The notes below the pieces were generated by a model. That model made no database searches. It was not told the DNA's origin and saw only the letters and a program-made list of their open reading frames with translations. The translations under genes and the position numbers were made by a program. From the IMG/VR virus record IMGVR_UViG_3300017754_001682, positions 1 to 34,041 of that record: a DNA stretch of 34,041 nucleotides. The stretch is one strand, 5' to 3'. This DNA comes from a virus. Its lineage: Duplodnaviria > Caudoviricetes. Shown here piece after piece: positions 8,901 through 15,484 of the stretch (within the stretch, counting starts at the first letter, position 1; each line of letters starts with the position of its first letter).

Positions 8901-10354
8901 CTGATGCTGATCTTGTTCATCTGCTCTGGGCGGATGCGGCCAGCAGTCAGATCCTCGCGCAGCACGTCCATGATGTGGTCGAAACCGAGGCCACCAGTAA
9001 AGGACGAATGTATTGGCGTCTCTGGGTCGACCTTGGAGATCCATGGGTTCTGACGGCCAAGCTCCAAGTAGGAACTCATCATTGGAGAGTGCTGTGCCAC
9101 ATAATCAGCGTTGGCTTGAGAAAAAGCCGTGTCCCCAATAATTTGGGCTTTGTCAATATACGGGGTGCGGCTCATGAGACTGGCAACCTCGTTGTCATTC
9201 ATTCCAGCATCCTCAAGACGCTTCATGAACTTCTTGTCAAGCTCATCTCGCGCAGCAACCATCTTGGCTTTGGCTTCCTCGCCCTTAATAAATTTGTTCG
9301 GCATTTCTTGGATGTCGCCAGCTCGGTGCGTGGCGATGGCCTCGTCAGCAGCTTGCTCCCAAGCCTTGGCCAACGGAGATTGGCCCATGCCCTCGGCGGG
9401 GAATCCAGCCTTTTCCCGCTGCTCCCTCAAGCCAGCGTAATTTAAGGCAGGATCCAATTCTTTCTTGTGCGTGATGCCCTGCTCGGCCAGCGCTCGGACT
9501 GGATCCTCTGGCGTGCCCATCTGCTTCTTGATGTAGTTGGACAGGTTACTGTCAACCCATTTGTTCAGGGCAATGTCTGCTTGCCGCTGAGGTCGGACAT
9601 CTTGACCGGCAACGCGATTGATGTTTTCAATCTCGCCCTCCTCCGGAACGTGGCGCTTCAAACCCTTCACGTCCTTCTCAACCCGCCCGGTCAGCCAGTT
9701 GCCACCCGGCATCTTTACGACGCCACGTTGGCCAGCCAAGCCCTTTGTACCGGCCCCGCTTCCCTTGAGTGCGCCCATGCCCTCACCGGCCAGCTTGGCG
9801 GCCTTCCCGGCCACGTTAAACGGAGATCCCGGCCCGGTGTAGAAACCACCAGCCAGTGAGCCCAGCCCAGAAGCCATGCGGCCTTGGGGCGTGTCTGAGC
9901 GGAAGGGCAGGCGCTTCTCGATGTCCTCGGACGTGGGCAGGAAGGTCTTCTCGTCAAAGCCGGGGAGCATCCGAACCAGCGACTCAATGTCGCCGGGTGC
10001 GCCGAGGGCTCCGGAGATTGCGCCACGGGCAAAGTCCACGGGCATGTTGGCTGCGGCAGTGCGGTCGTTCTGACTCTCTGGTCGTCGGCCAGCCGAGCGG
10101 AAGCGTGGGGGAACGAACTCGTCGAGCGGGTCGCCACCCTTCTTCATGCTGACCTCGTGCTTGTTGACCTTGGCGTGCCAGACGTGCTCACGGCCTTTGT
10201 ACTGGGCAGGAACCCCACCACCGGCCATGTGAATGTCTTGGAGGGACTGCTTCTTGGAAACCGATTGGGTTTCGGGTTGGTTTAGATTCGGAAGCGTTAG
10301 GGGCTTCAGAGGCTCAAAGGTCGGAAGCTTTGCTGGCTCGAACTGGTTACGCAT
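5981..10354 (-). CDS. Large polyvalent (probably virion-packaged) protein, 1457 aa, with PcfJ-like domain and putative DNA-glycosylase-fold domain
   Basis: Start set at MRNQF (GAGGG RBS, promoter just upstream). LKYEGDTMGHCVGGY...IYSLRD...HVTVEV...QIKGKQN (about 8330-8900) is the PcfJ-like signature. A WY...S...K.....ND...R...Q..W pattern lies at about 7150-7660. Confidence 0.8.
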   Translation of the reverse strand: MRNQFEPAKLPTFEPLKPLTLPNLNQPETQSVSKKQSLQDIHMAGGGVPAQYKGREHVWHAKVNKHEVSMKKGGDPLDEFVPPRFRSAGRRPESQNDRTAAANMPVDFARGAISGALGAPGDIESLVRMLPGFDEKTFLPTSEDIEKRLPFRSDTPQGRMASGLGSLAGGFYTGPGSPFNVAGKAAKLAGEGMGALKGSGAGTKGLAGQRGVVKMPGGNWLTGRVEKDVKGLKRHVPEEGEIENINRVAGQDVRPQRQADIALNKWVDSNLSNYIKKQMGTPEDPVRALAEQGITHKKELDPALNYAGLREQREKAGFPAEGMGQSPLAKAWEQAADEAIATHRAGDIQEMPNKFIKGEEAKAKMVAARDELDKKFMKRLEDAGMNDNEVASLMSRTPYIDKAQIIGDTAFSQANADYVAQHSPMMSSYLELGRQNPWISKVDPETPIHSSFTGGLGFDHIMDVLREDLTAGRIRPEQMNKISISDAVRRTHAYDEDMAKKMAEAQAKVTEGMPVHKEYPEGYKWIELTQPKADPSRPLPEGYHYETEKDGSVVVDSRTGEVASPELAAALKYEGDTMGHCVGGYCPDVLEGRSRIYSLRDAKGEPHVTVEVQPVRGSELGRMMGDLSDEEAAAIYKNPPQRIKQIKGKQNRAPKEEYLPYVQDFVKSGQWSDVGDLQNTKLRRTSDAFNENEIKKIQAAGIEVPTWATPDEIKAIGDKVWPGQYGTPPGGIPPESMAHGGEVHMAGGGLLKSGLKKLAQFAEDVPKGIKPIVVRTPEERAVLEKFGQKQEQEAVRAKKVEKAARTAAAEPEAQAKPVKSTGRREKVAPDVYRKMAAELGDEAVLKAARAGEHLKPTASGYTGFPRTVTSPQGLGAMRRAIDQDFIDSVEAVRLADPERLGTWYDRAKKGIAESVEPYQLPRTLEQHGVYSAGVSPESELGFALKHLNSRVAGEPGMAYRGAPMRTLDTAVAGDRPAKMGFKIGEYAEKNDPRVANAGLFGVNDFRRAQGMGYTDPQGKPWKAGVSETMHPVMDAETALQVERANVAGIGGRSDWAGPHIQEVPWVYGKAQDLYGRGKRGRYGGDELEGIKSAIQDANNTARDYMYKHAASATHEAIPGASLGHVRQALDMTPEEKVAYGQRGRWDQPAPEAALNELPEVGAGNRDIIYGAAGYRQLPSREASGLYINKLGGVETNPMTIARPLMDYPTGGGGLMAPESRKMMDTAEQFRALIDAQEAGAYNLPNTMADVKGKTSMVMDTRAMNPDQLADPTAGVLPTSEQLAKMSDVMGEYGYGVTSTNRGAVAFPFDPSIDSAEASKAMRKGSKALQEIYPSSQQKSMTTTGYVPGVGKRSAEGPLSTAPFSGEATSDMLKAFSEMHPSVSQNLSESEAIRAAIREKALRDSLMGGTRKDIQETRRFFSEADWPKAVEMIRRGITPAAALAALGYSASSMAGEKK

Positions 10355-10382
10355 GGTGGTCACCCTCTGCTGGAATGGCGTG

Positions 10383-10411
10383 ATCATAATCGTTGGAGGG
10401 CTTGGAGTCCA
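10383..10411 (-). promoter_or_regulatory. Sigma70-like promoter for the polyvalent gene
   Basis: Minus strand TGGACT (10411-10406), 17-bp spacer, TATGAT (10388-10383). Confidence 0.5.
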
Positions 10412-10423
10412 ATTCACACCCTT

Positions 10424-10619
10424 GGTGGTGAATGCCTGAGCAAAGCGTAGCCTTACCGTGGTCAAAACCAAAGTTCGCTCTACGCTTTGACCGTCCCTCG
10501 TATGGAGCCAGCCGTCGTTGCGCTATCTCAGACTTGTTTAACCGCCCGGCTCTGGGAATTCGCCCACCGCCCCTGCTCTGGCTTGCTCGTGTCACAGGGT
10601 TATTTAAGACTCCACCACC
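10424..10619 (-). ncRNA. Candidate structured ncRNA (~200 nt), family not recognised
   Basis: Long-range closing stem GGUGGUGGAGUCU (10619-10607) with AGGCAUUCACCACC (10437-10424). Internal stems CCCUG/CAGGG, UGGG/CCCA and a perfect 10-bp CAAAGCGUAG/CUACGCUUUG. No convincing CDS. Confidence 0.5.
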
Positions 10620-10655
10620 GACGTACCGCATGATGTCCGAGTCAAGGTCACAAAC

Positions 10656-10753
10656 GCAAAAAGCCGTTACTACTGCACTGGGTCGCGCCCCCCGAGAATC
10701 CCCGGAGGCCAATGCATGAGTAACGGCTTTCAACTGTCGTGCGCGACCACAAC
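10656..10753 (-). promoter_or_regulatory. Structured RNA leader/attenuator: 5' hairpin plus long terminator-like hairpin with U-tract
   Basis: 12-bp stem AAAGCCGUUACU/AGUAACGGCUUU ending in UUUUU, with inner 8-bp and 6-bp stems. The 5' hairpin GUUGUG/CACGAC has a loop GUCGCG complementary to the bulge CGCGAC. Extended -10 (TG-g-TACGAT) lies just upstream. Confidence 0.65.
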
Positions 10754-10755
10754 GA

Positions 10756-10905
10756 TCAGATCGTACCATAAATTGCCTTGTACAGGTAAAGACCCGATGG
10801 ATCAATGTGGTAATAGACCATGCAGGCGAACCAGCCAGTCCCAAAAGCGGACAGCGCAATCACCAGCAGGTGCAGGTAGAACTTGATGGCATGGCTAGAT
10901 GGCAT
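10756..10905 (-). CDS. Small membrane protein, 49 aa
   Basis: ATG 10905 with GGAGG RBS, overlapping the terL stop. One hydrophobic segment (FYLHLLVIALSAFGTGWFACMVYY). Confidence 0.5.
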   Translation of the reverse strand: MPSSHAIKFYLHLLVIALSAFGTGWFACMVYYHIDPSGLYLYKAIYGTI

Positions 10906-12313
10906 AAGGATTAACCCTCCGAACTCGCCCAGTGTCTGCGTAGTCCTCGTCGTCCCAGTCATCACGGGGCGGCGGGTCGATGTCTAGCCAGCCAGCGTCA
11001 CGCAGGTAGCGCAGGGCTTGGGTGCAGGCGTCAACGAGGTCGTCGTGCGTGGTCTCAGGGAACGAGCAGATCTGGCTGACAAACCCCTCGGCCCAGTCCT
11101 TGACGTAACCCTTTCGGTTATCCGACTCAGGGATCCACACCCGGCCACGGGCGATGATATTGGACACGATGTTCAGGCGCTGGGTCTTGTCAGCCCGTCC
11201 GGGGTTGTACGCCCGCACAGGCAGGTGGGCACGCTGCAGGTCTTGGATCAGGCTGATGCCCGCGCTCTTGTCTTCGATCAGCAGCAGGTCGACGCGCTTG
11301 CGATCCTTGCCCTCGCCGAAGACGGTCTCGTACTCGTCGATCACCTTGGGACGCAGGTCGGGGTACATCATGCGCTCCTGCCAGCAGTCGATCACCATGA
11401 CGCTCATGGGGCCATCCTGCGGCTTGAACACGCCAAAGGTGATGCAGGCGGTCGGGTCGTTCTGCACCTTCTCGCTGGTGGCCACGTCGTAGCTCTGCAG
11501 GATGTACTCGAAGCGGGGGAACGCCTTGCCTGCGGGCCAGAGTTTGAACATGTCACGCTTGACGATGCCGCCCTCCTCGGGATCAATGATCTCGGCGTAG
11601 ATCTCCTGACGCCCCAGCTTGGTGCCCTCGTACTGCAGGATCTGCTTGCGGAAGTTGTCGGACAGGTTTGCAAGGTTGGCGTAAGTTGAGGCGGTGGTGA
11701 GCACTACGTCGTCACCCTCGCGGCCAATCAGCTCGATGATCAGATCCTTGGGGCGGGGCGTGGTGGTGCAGATCAGGTGGGTCTTCTTGCCCAGCCGCAC
11801 GCCGAACTGAATCTGATCCCACGCCTCCTGCAGGTACTCCCATGCGGCCAGCTCGTCGCACCAGCCTCCGTGGAACTGTGGCCCCCGGAAGCGCTCAGGC
11901 TCGGAGGCGGGGATGCCCTTGATCAGGCTGCCGTTGATCAGGCGCAGCTCATGGGCGGTCTTGTTGTAGTCGGCGATCAGGCTCTTGGGGATCACGGTCA
12001 TCAGCCCTGAGTCGCCCTCGAAGCAGGTGGCACGCACGTCAGAGCTGGTTGGGGCGGCCACGAGCCAGCGGGTGTTGGGCTGCTCCCATGCCCACCAGCC
12101 TATCTGCTCGGCTGCCGTGCGGGTCTTCCCAGCTCCACGGCCAGCCAGCATGAGCCAGATGCTCCACCAATCGCCGGGCGGCAGGGCTTGGTGCTTGTGC
12201 TGGGTGTTGAACCATGACATGCGCCATGCCCAAGAAAGCCTGAACTCGGGGCTGGCCAGCGCAAGCTTCGCCTGCACCTCGGGGTCAGCCACGATCTCGG
12301 CAATGTCACTCAT
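10895..12313 (-). CDS. terL: Terminase large subunit
   Basis: Walker A MLAGRGAGKT, Walker B GGWCDE, TTTP coupling motif, nuclease residues SYD and HDDLVDA. Confidence 0.95.
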   Translation of the reverse strand: MSDIAEIVADPEVQAKLALASPEFRLSWAWRMSWFNTQHKHQALPPGDWWSIWLMLAGRGAGKTRTAAEQIGWWAWEQPNTRWLVAAPTSSDVRATCFEGDSGLMTVIPKSLIADYNKTAHELRLINGSLIKGIPASEPERFRGPQFHGGWCDELAAWEYLQEAWDQIQFGVRLGKKTHLICTTTPRPKDLIIELIGREGDDVVLTTASTYANLANLSDNFRKQILQYEGTKLGRQEIYAEIIDPEEGGIVKRDMFKLWPAGKAFPRFEYILQSYDVATSEKVQNDPTACITFGVFKPQDGPMSVMVIDCWQERMMYPDLRPKVIDEYETVFGEGKDRKRVDLLLIEDKSAGISLIQDLQRAHLPVRAYNPGRADKTQRLNIVSNIIARGRVWIPESDNRKGYVKDWAEGFVSQICSFPETTHDDLVDACTQALRYLRDAGWLDIDPPPRDDWDDEDYADTGRVRRVNPYAI

Positions 12314-12923
12314 TCGCTTCGACTTGCTTGTGTAGCTCGGCGTTCTTCAGGATTGCCGACAACAGGCTCTCTGCCTCGACCTGAGCCTCGATTTTGATGG
12401 GGTTCTCAGCGTCACCGCCGAGCTGAACCTTGCTCCCGTACTTCTTAGGGTTCCAGCAGGCCAGCAGCTTCAGGCGGGTCTCGATCTGCAGCTTGCGGTG
12501 GCCGAGCATGTCCTCTTCCGTCACGGTCACGCTATCCTCACCCTCCTCAGCGCCAGAGCTGAAAACCTTCTTGCGGCCAAGGTTCGGCGTGTTGGAAATA
12601 ACCAGCGCCTCCTCGGCCAAGGCGTCGCAACCTTCCTCGCGTGCGCGTGCGAACTGTGCAGAAAGACTGTCATCCCGCTCAAACCACCCGTAGATCGCAC
12701 GGCGAGTGGGCATCCTCTCGTCCATACATATCTGCAGCAGTGGCTCTCCCGTACTGATGCGGTGGAAGATCTCCTGTGCAAGCTCTGATGTGTACTTGCT
12801 GGGTCGTCCTGTCTTCTTAGGTGCTTCTTGGGCCTTTGCGGGCTCGGGCGCTACCAACCCCTTGGCTTTAGGCTTTGGGGCTGCTGTGGCTCGTTTTGCT
12901 GGCTTTGGCGCGGTATCTGGCAT
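12306..12923 (-). CDS. terS: Terminase small subunit (Sf6/P22-like)
   Basis: GRPSKY...IC....MP....IYGW...FARARE...RKLQIETR...NPKKYG; directly upstream of terL. Confidence 0.9.
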   Translation of the reverse strand: MPDTAPKPAKRATAAPKPKAKGLVAPEPAKAQEAPKKTGRPSKYTSELAQEIFHRISTGEPLLQICMDERMPTRRAIYGWFERDDSLSAQFARAREEGCDALAEEALVISNTPNLGRKKVFSSGAEEGEDSVTVTEEDMLGHRKLQIETRLKLLACWNPKKYGSKVQLGGDAENPIKIEAQVEAESLLSAILKNAELHKQVEANE

Positions 12924-12965
12924 GGTGATCGTCCTTCTATGTGCAGAAGATCGTAACCGAGTCGC

Positions 12966-13181
12966 TTATTCTTCGCTCAGGGACAGCTCTGTCTGGTCTG
13001 GTGAGCGGTACTGCTCAACCTCGGTGCCTGCGCGGATCTGATTGACGAGGTCGTCTTGCGTTGCGACGCGGATGTTGAACTCAGTGCTTGCGACGTGGGC
13101 CAAGGCTTGCTGGCGTAGGCTGGCTTTGACGAGGCGTGCGCCCTCTTGAGTTCCGGTGACGAGATAGATGCGTTCTGCCAT
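12966..13181 (-). CDS. Hypothetical protein, 71 aa (MAERIYLV...)
   Basis: ATG 13181 with GGAG RBS. The longer ORF-track start runs through structured non-coding sequence. Confidence 0.7.
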   Translation of the reverse strand: MAERIYLVTGTQEGARLVKASLRQQALAHVASTEFNIRVATQDDLVNQIRAGTEVEQYRSPDQTELSLSEE

Positions 13182-13199
13182 GGTGGCTCCAATTTTGTT

Positions 13200-13485
13200 T
13201 GATGTCCCCGGCCTCTTGTGCCGGTCGAAACCGAGTCGGTTTCTATTCGCTATCAGTTCGCTAAAGAATGCTGGTGCAGGGGGCGTCCTCCCTCGCAAAG
13301 ATACGCCTGCGCCGTCGCTCACCAAACAGGCTTTGAGACGGTACACCAACACGGCTGGGGATTGACCCTTGCAAGGTGGCTGCGTATCGGGTCTTTGAGG
13401 TATCAAACCTCCGGTGCTCCCGAATCACGACTCAACGCCATCAATCCCCATGCGTGTTGGCTCCGGGCCCTTGCACCCGGATGGT
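13200..13485 (-). ncRNA. Candidate structured ncRNA region (string of hairpins plus a 115-nt multibranch domain)
   Basis: Stem CCAACACG-CA-UGGGGAUUGA (13460-13441) with UCAAUCCCCA-GC-CGUGUUGG (13365-13346) encloses further stems. Additional hairpins at 13208-13224, 13273-13313, 13312-13341 and 13462-13481. Confidence 0.5.
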
Positions 13486-13511
13486 TTGTCGGGCTCTACC
13501 CCGCTCGTCGC

Positions 13512-13604
13512 TTACAGCAGATCTGGCAATATGCACAGAATGACTACAAGCGCAATGGCCATTGTAGCAATCAGAATCTTCTCTGGCAAGGTTTCTTCGT
13601 CCAT
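13512..13604 (-). CDS. Tiny membrane peptide, 30 aa
   Basis: GAGG RBS; MDEETLPEKILIATMAIALVVILCILPDLL. Confidence 0.5.
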   Translation of the reverse strand: MDEETLPEKILIATMAIALVVILCILPDLL

Positions 13605-13606
13605 TT

Positions 13607-13843
13607 TTACCTCTCCGGTTTGGGGCAATTCTCTGGCGGGGTGACCACGCACCAGATGGCTTCGTATGGCCTCTGTTGGCCAGCCTCTGTCCATCGGTCA
13701 ACGTAGGTGTCTGGCATCCGTTCCAGCGCAGATGCCACGGAATTCTTTGGGGCACCTAAGCGGTCGGCAAGATCCGCAATGGTGCAACCGTCCTCTTCGT
13801 CGCGGAGTATTGCGCGGATTCTCTCGGGCCACTTAGCTGTCAC
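13607..13843 (-). CDS. Winged-HTH-like protein, 78 aa
   Basis: GTG start overlapping the upstream stop; IRAIL...GCTIADLADRLGAPKNSVASAL is HTH-like. Confidence 0.6.
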   Translation of the reverse strand: MTAKWPERIRAILRDEEDGCTIADLADRLGAPKNSVASALERMPDTYVDRWTEAGQQRPYEAIWCVVTPPENCPKPER

Positions 13844-14037
13844 TTCTTGTCTTCTTTCTCCATGTTGCGCTTGGGTAGCGGTAGCCAGCCCAAGCACCAG
13901 TTGTGGTTCCATGTTCCTGTGGTGCAGATGCCGCCGGTAGTGAGCAGCAGCAGCTTGGTGTTCTCGGGTGCCTTGGGGTCACCAGCATGCGGGTAGAAGA
14001 ATTCCTGCCCACCGGCAAGATAGCGTTGTTCGGTCAT
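13840..14037 (-). CDS. Hypothetical protein (DUF551-like WxPLP tail), 65 aa
   Basis: ATGA coupling; C-terminal GWLPLP. Confidence 0.6.
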   Translation of the reverse strand: MTEQRYLAGGQEFFYPHAGDPKAPENTKLLLLTTGGICTTGTWNHNWCLGWLPLPKRNMEKEDKK

Positions 14038-14168
14038 TTCTTTCCTTTAGGTACGTTGGCAAACAGTAGCATCAGACACCACCAACCCGAGCCGGTAAGC
14101 CATACAAGAAAACACATGGCCGCAAGCAATGCGATGTTCTCAACAACAGCCCATCCCCAGTCGGTCAT
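14034..14168 (-). CDS. Small membrane protein, 44 aa
   Basis: My translation MTDWGWAVVENIALLAAMCFLVWLTGSGWWCLMLLFANVPKGKK; ATGA overlaps at both ends. Confidence 0.6.
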   Translation of the reverse strand: MTDWGWAVVENIALLAAMCFLVWLTGSGWWCLMLLFANVPKGKK

Positions 14169-14458
14169 GTGTTCCCCCTTGCTTCCAATGCTTCTATGAT
14201 CTGGTCGTCAGACCAATCACTACGCCAATGGTTGTCAAAAAACTTTATCAAATCCGCACGCTCGTCGGCGCGGATTTTATTTAATAGCTCGTCAAGTTGA
14301 TTGGCTGTAAAGAGAAGTGACCCAGAATCAAGTGCGTTCAATAAGACTTTACGCTCGTCGGCACGGATGAGGGCAACAAGTTTTGGCACATTTAAATACC
14401 CATCCCAGCCATTTTCTGTCCATGCCTGCTTTGCAAACTCTTCGTCTTGCTCGTTCAT
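14165..14458 (-). CDS. Hypothetical mosaic protein, 97 aa
   Basis: Start MNEQD coupled to the upstream stop; two IRADER motifs; ends ARGNT. Confidence 0.65.
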   Translation of the reverse strand: MNEQDEEFAKQAWTENGWDGYLNVPKLVALIRADERKVLLNALDSGSLLFTANQLDELLNKIRADERADLIKFFDNHWRSDWSDDQIIEALEARGNT

Positions 14459-14685
14459 GTATTCCCCCTTGCTCGGATGCCTGCGGCGGCTTCGCAGGCA
14501 AACTTGTGCCAATCGTAAGATGGGTCAGCTTCCACAATCTTCGCACAAGCCTCACGCTCGTCGGCAGCGCCCAGTTGCTTCAGCTTGTCGCAAAGAGCGT
14601 GGAATGCAACAGCATTGAAGTCGCTGTCCGAGCCTGCAACCTTACACACCCGAAGCAAGTCAATTTTGATGTCTCGTTCATTCAT
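14455..14685 (-). CDS. Hypothetical mosaic protein, 76 aa
   Basis: ADEREACAK...IRARGNT motif typical of phage accessory ORFs; GGAGG RBS. Confidence 0.65.
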   Translation of the reverse strand: MNERDIKIDLLRVCKVAGSDSDFNAVAFHALCDKLKQLGAADEREACAKIVEADPSYDWHKFACEAAAGIRARGNT

Positions 14686-14897
14686 TGGTGTCCTCCTTCT
14701 GGTGGCGTGCAGGTGTGTATCACTGTCAAGTCAGCCGTGCGCTTACCGCAGCGGGGGCAGAAGTTGCGGGGTTCTGGTGGCTGTGCTAGGACTTTATTGA
14801 TTGCCTTCAAAGTGTCGTGCCGGTCTCGGCCTTCAGTCCAGTATGTTGTGCGCTCAATGTAATCAAGTGCGATCTCCAATGCTTCTTCTTTGGTCAT
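14682..14897 (-). CDS. Hypothetical protein with CxxC, 71 aa
   Basis: Start MTKEEAL (AGGAG RBS); LAQP...FCPRCG...HTC. Confidence 0.65.
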   Translation of the reverse strand: MTKEEALEIALDYIERTTYWTEGRDRHDTLKAINKVLAQPPEPRNFCPRCGKRTADLTVIHTCTPPEGGHQ

Positions 14898-15259
14898 ATG
14901 TTTTTCTCCTTGAGTTTGGCTTCGATGGCATCGGCAAACCATTTCACACTATCACCACCACGGGGGCAATTTTTACCGGCAGAAGAATGGGCGTCTTGCA
15001 TTTCCGCTTCCGTCAGCCCTACCCACGGGCGCTGTTGTGGAACGGTGTAGAGGGGTGTAATAGTTTCACCAACTGATTGCTCGTCAAAATGCAACTCTTG
15101 TTCACCGTTTTCAAACTCAACAATCCACGCCACAGGCTCCTGCGCTGGCTGTGCTAGGGCTTCTTTGATGGCGGTGAGGGCGTGGAGCATTTCGTAACTA
15201 GTGCTATTTGAGTTTTCCATTGCTTTCTGCGCCAGCTTCAATACTTCGTCTTTTGTCAT
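14894..15259 (-). CDS. Hypothetical mosaic protein, 121 aa
   Basis: LAQPAQEPVAW...PLY...QQRPWVGLT...EAKLKEKN. Confidence 0.7.
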   Translation of the reverse strand: MTKDEVLKLAQKAMENSNSTSYEMLHALTAIKEALAQPAQEPVAWIVEFENGEQELHFDEQSVGETITPLYTVPQQRPWVGLTEAEMQDAHSSAGKNCPRGGDSVKWFADAIEAKLKEKNI

Positions 15260-15484
15260 GTGTTCTTCTCCTTCAGAATTTGTTCTGCCTTACGCAAAAT
15301 TAAATCCCATGCTGGCTCATTGATACAGGTTGCCATGTCTTCTGTTGTCAGCCCTACCCACGGGCGCTGTTGTGGGGTGGCGTAAAGCATCGTCCCCGAC
15401 AAAGGGACATAGCTGAGGTAATCAACGTCACCCACATGATTGATTACTTCGCCCACCGGCTCCTGCGCTGGCTGTGCTAGGGCT
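15012..15484. repeat. Two pairs of exact direct repeats shared by adjacent ORFs
   Basis: 29 bp gtcagccctacccacgggcgctgttgtgg at 15012-15040 and 15347-15375; 27 bp ggctcctgcgctggctgtgctagggct at 15135-15161 and 15458-15484. Confidence 0.9.

Noticed and set aside
10355-10471. Upstream TTG start for the large protein (1496-aa version)
   Set aside because: The extension runs through structured RNA and the predicted promoter; ATG 10354 has an RBS.
10347-10859. 170-aa minus ORF (or 94-aa version from ATG 10631) and 95-aa plus ORF across the structured region
   Set aside because: Arg/Gly/Ser-rich, unprotein-like composition. The long version crosses a terminator-like hairpin. Not fully excluded; RNAcode on homologues would decide.
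10756-10905. Holin call for the small membrane ORF after terL
   Set aside because: Single hydrophobic segment and no adjacent endolysin; insufficient support.
3505-12335. Long plus-strand ORFs antisense to portal, polyvalent and terL genes (e.g. 3505..4566, 4789..5742, 8534..9445, 11018..11689)
   Set aside because: Typical antisense open frames of GC3-rich genes; no motifs or RBS.
13272-13345. tRNA gene suggested by a 3' ACCA end
   Set aside because: No D-arm, anticodon arm or GTTCRA T-loop. Kept only as a minihelix candidate.
10702-13431. Antisense pairing between the 13.4-kb RNA (CCGGAGG, GUCGUG) and the 10.7-kb leader (CCUCCGG, CACGAC)
   Set aside because: Matches of only 6-7 nt, partly buried in stems; expected by chance in GC-rich sequence.
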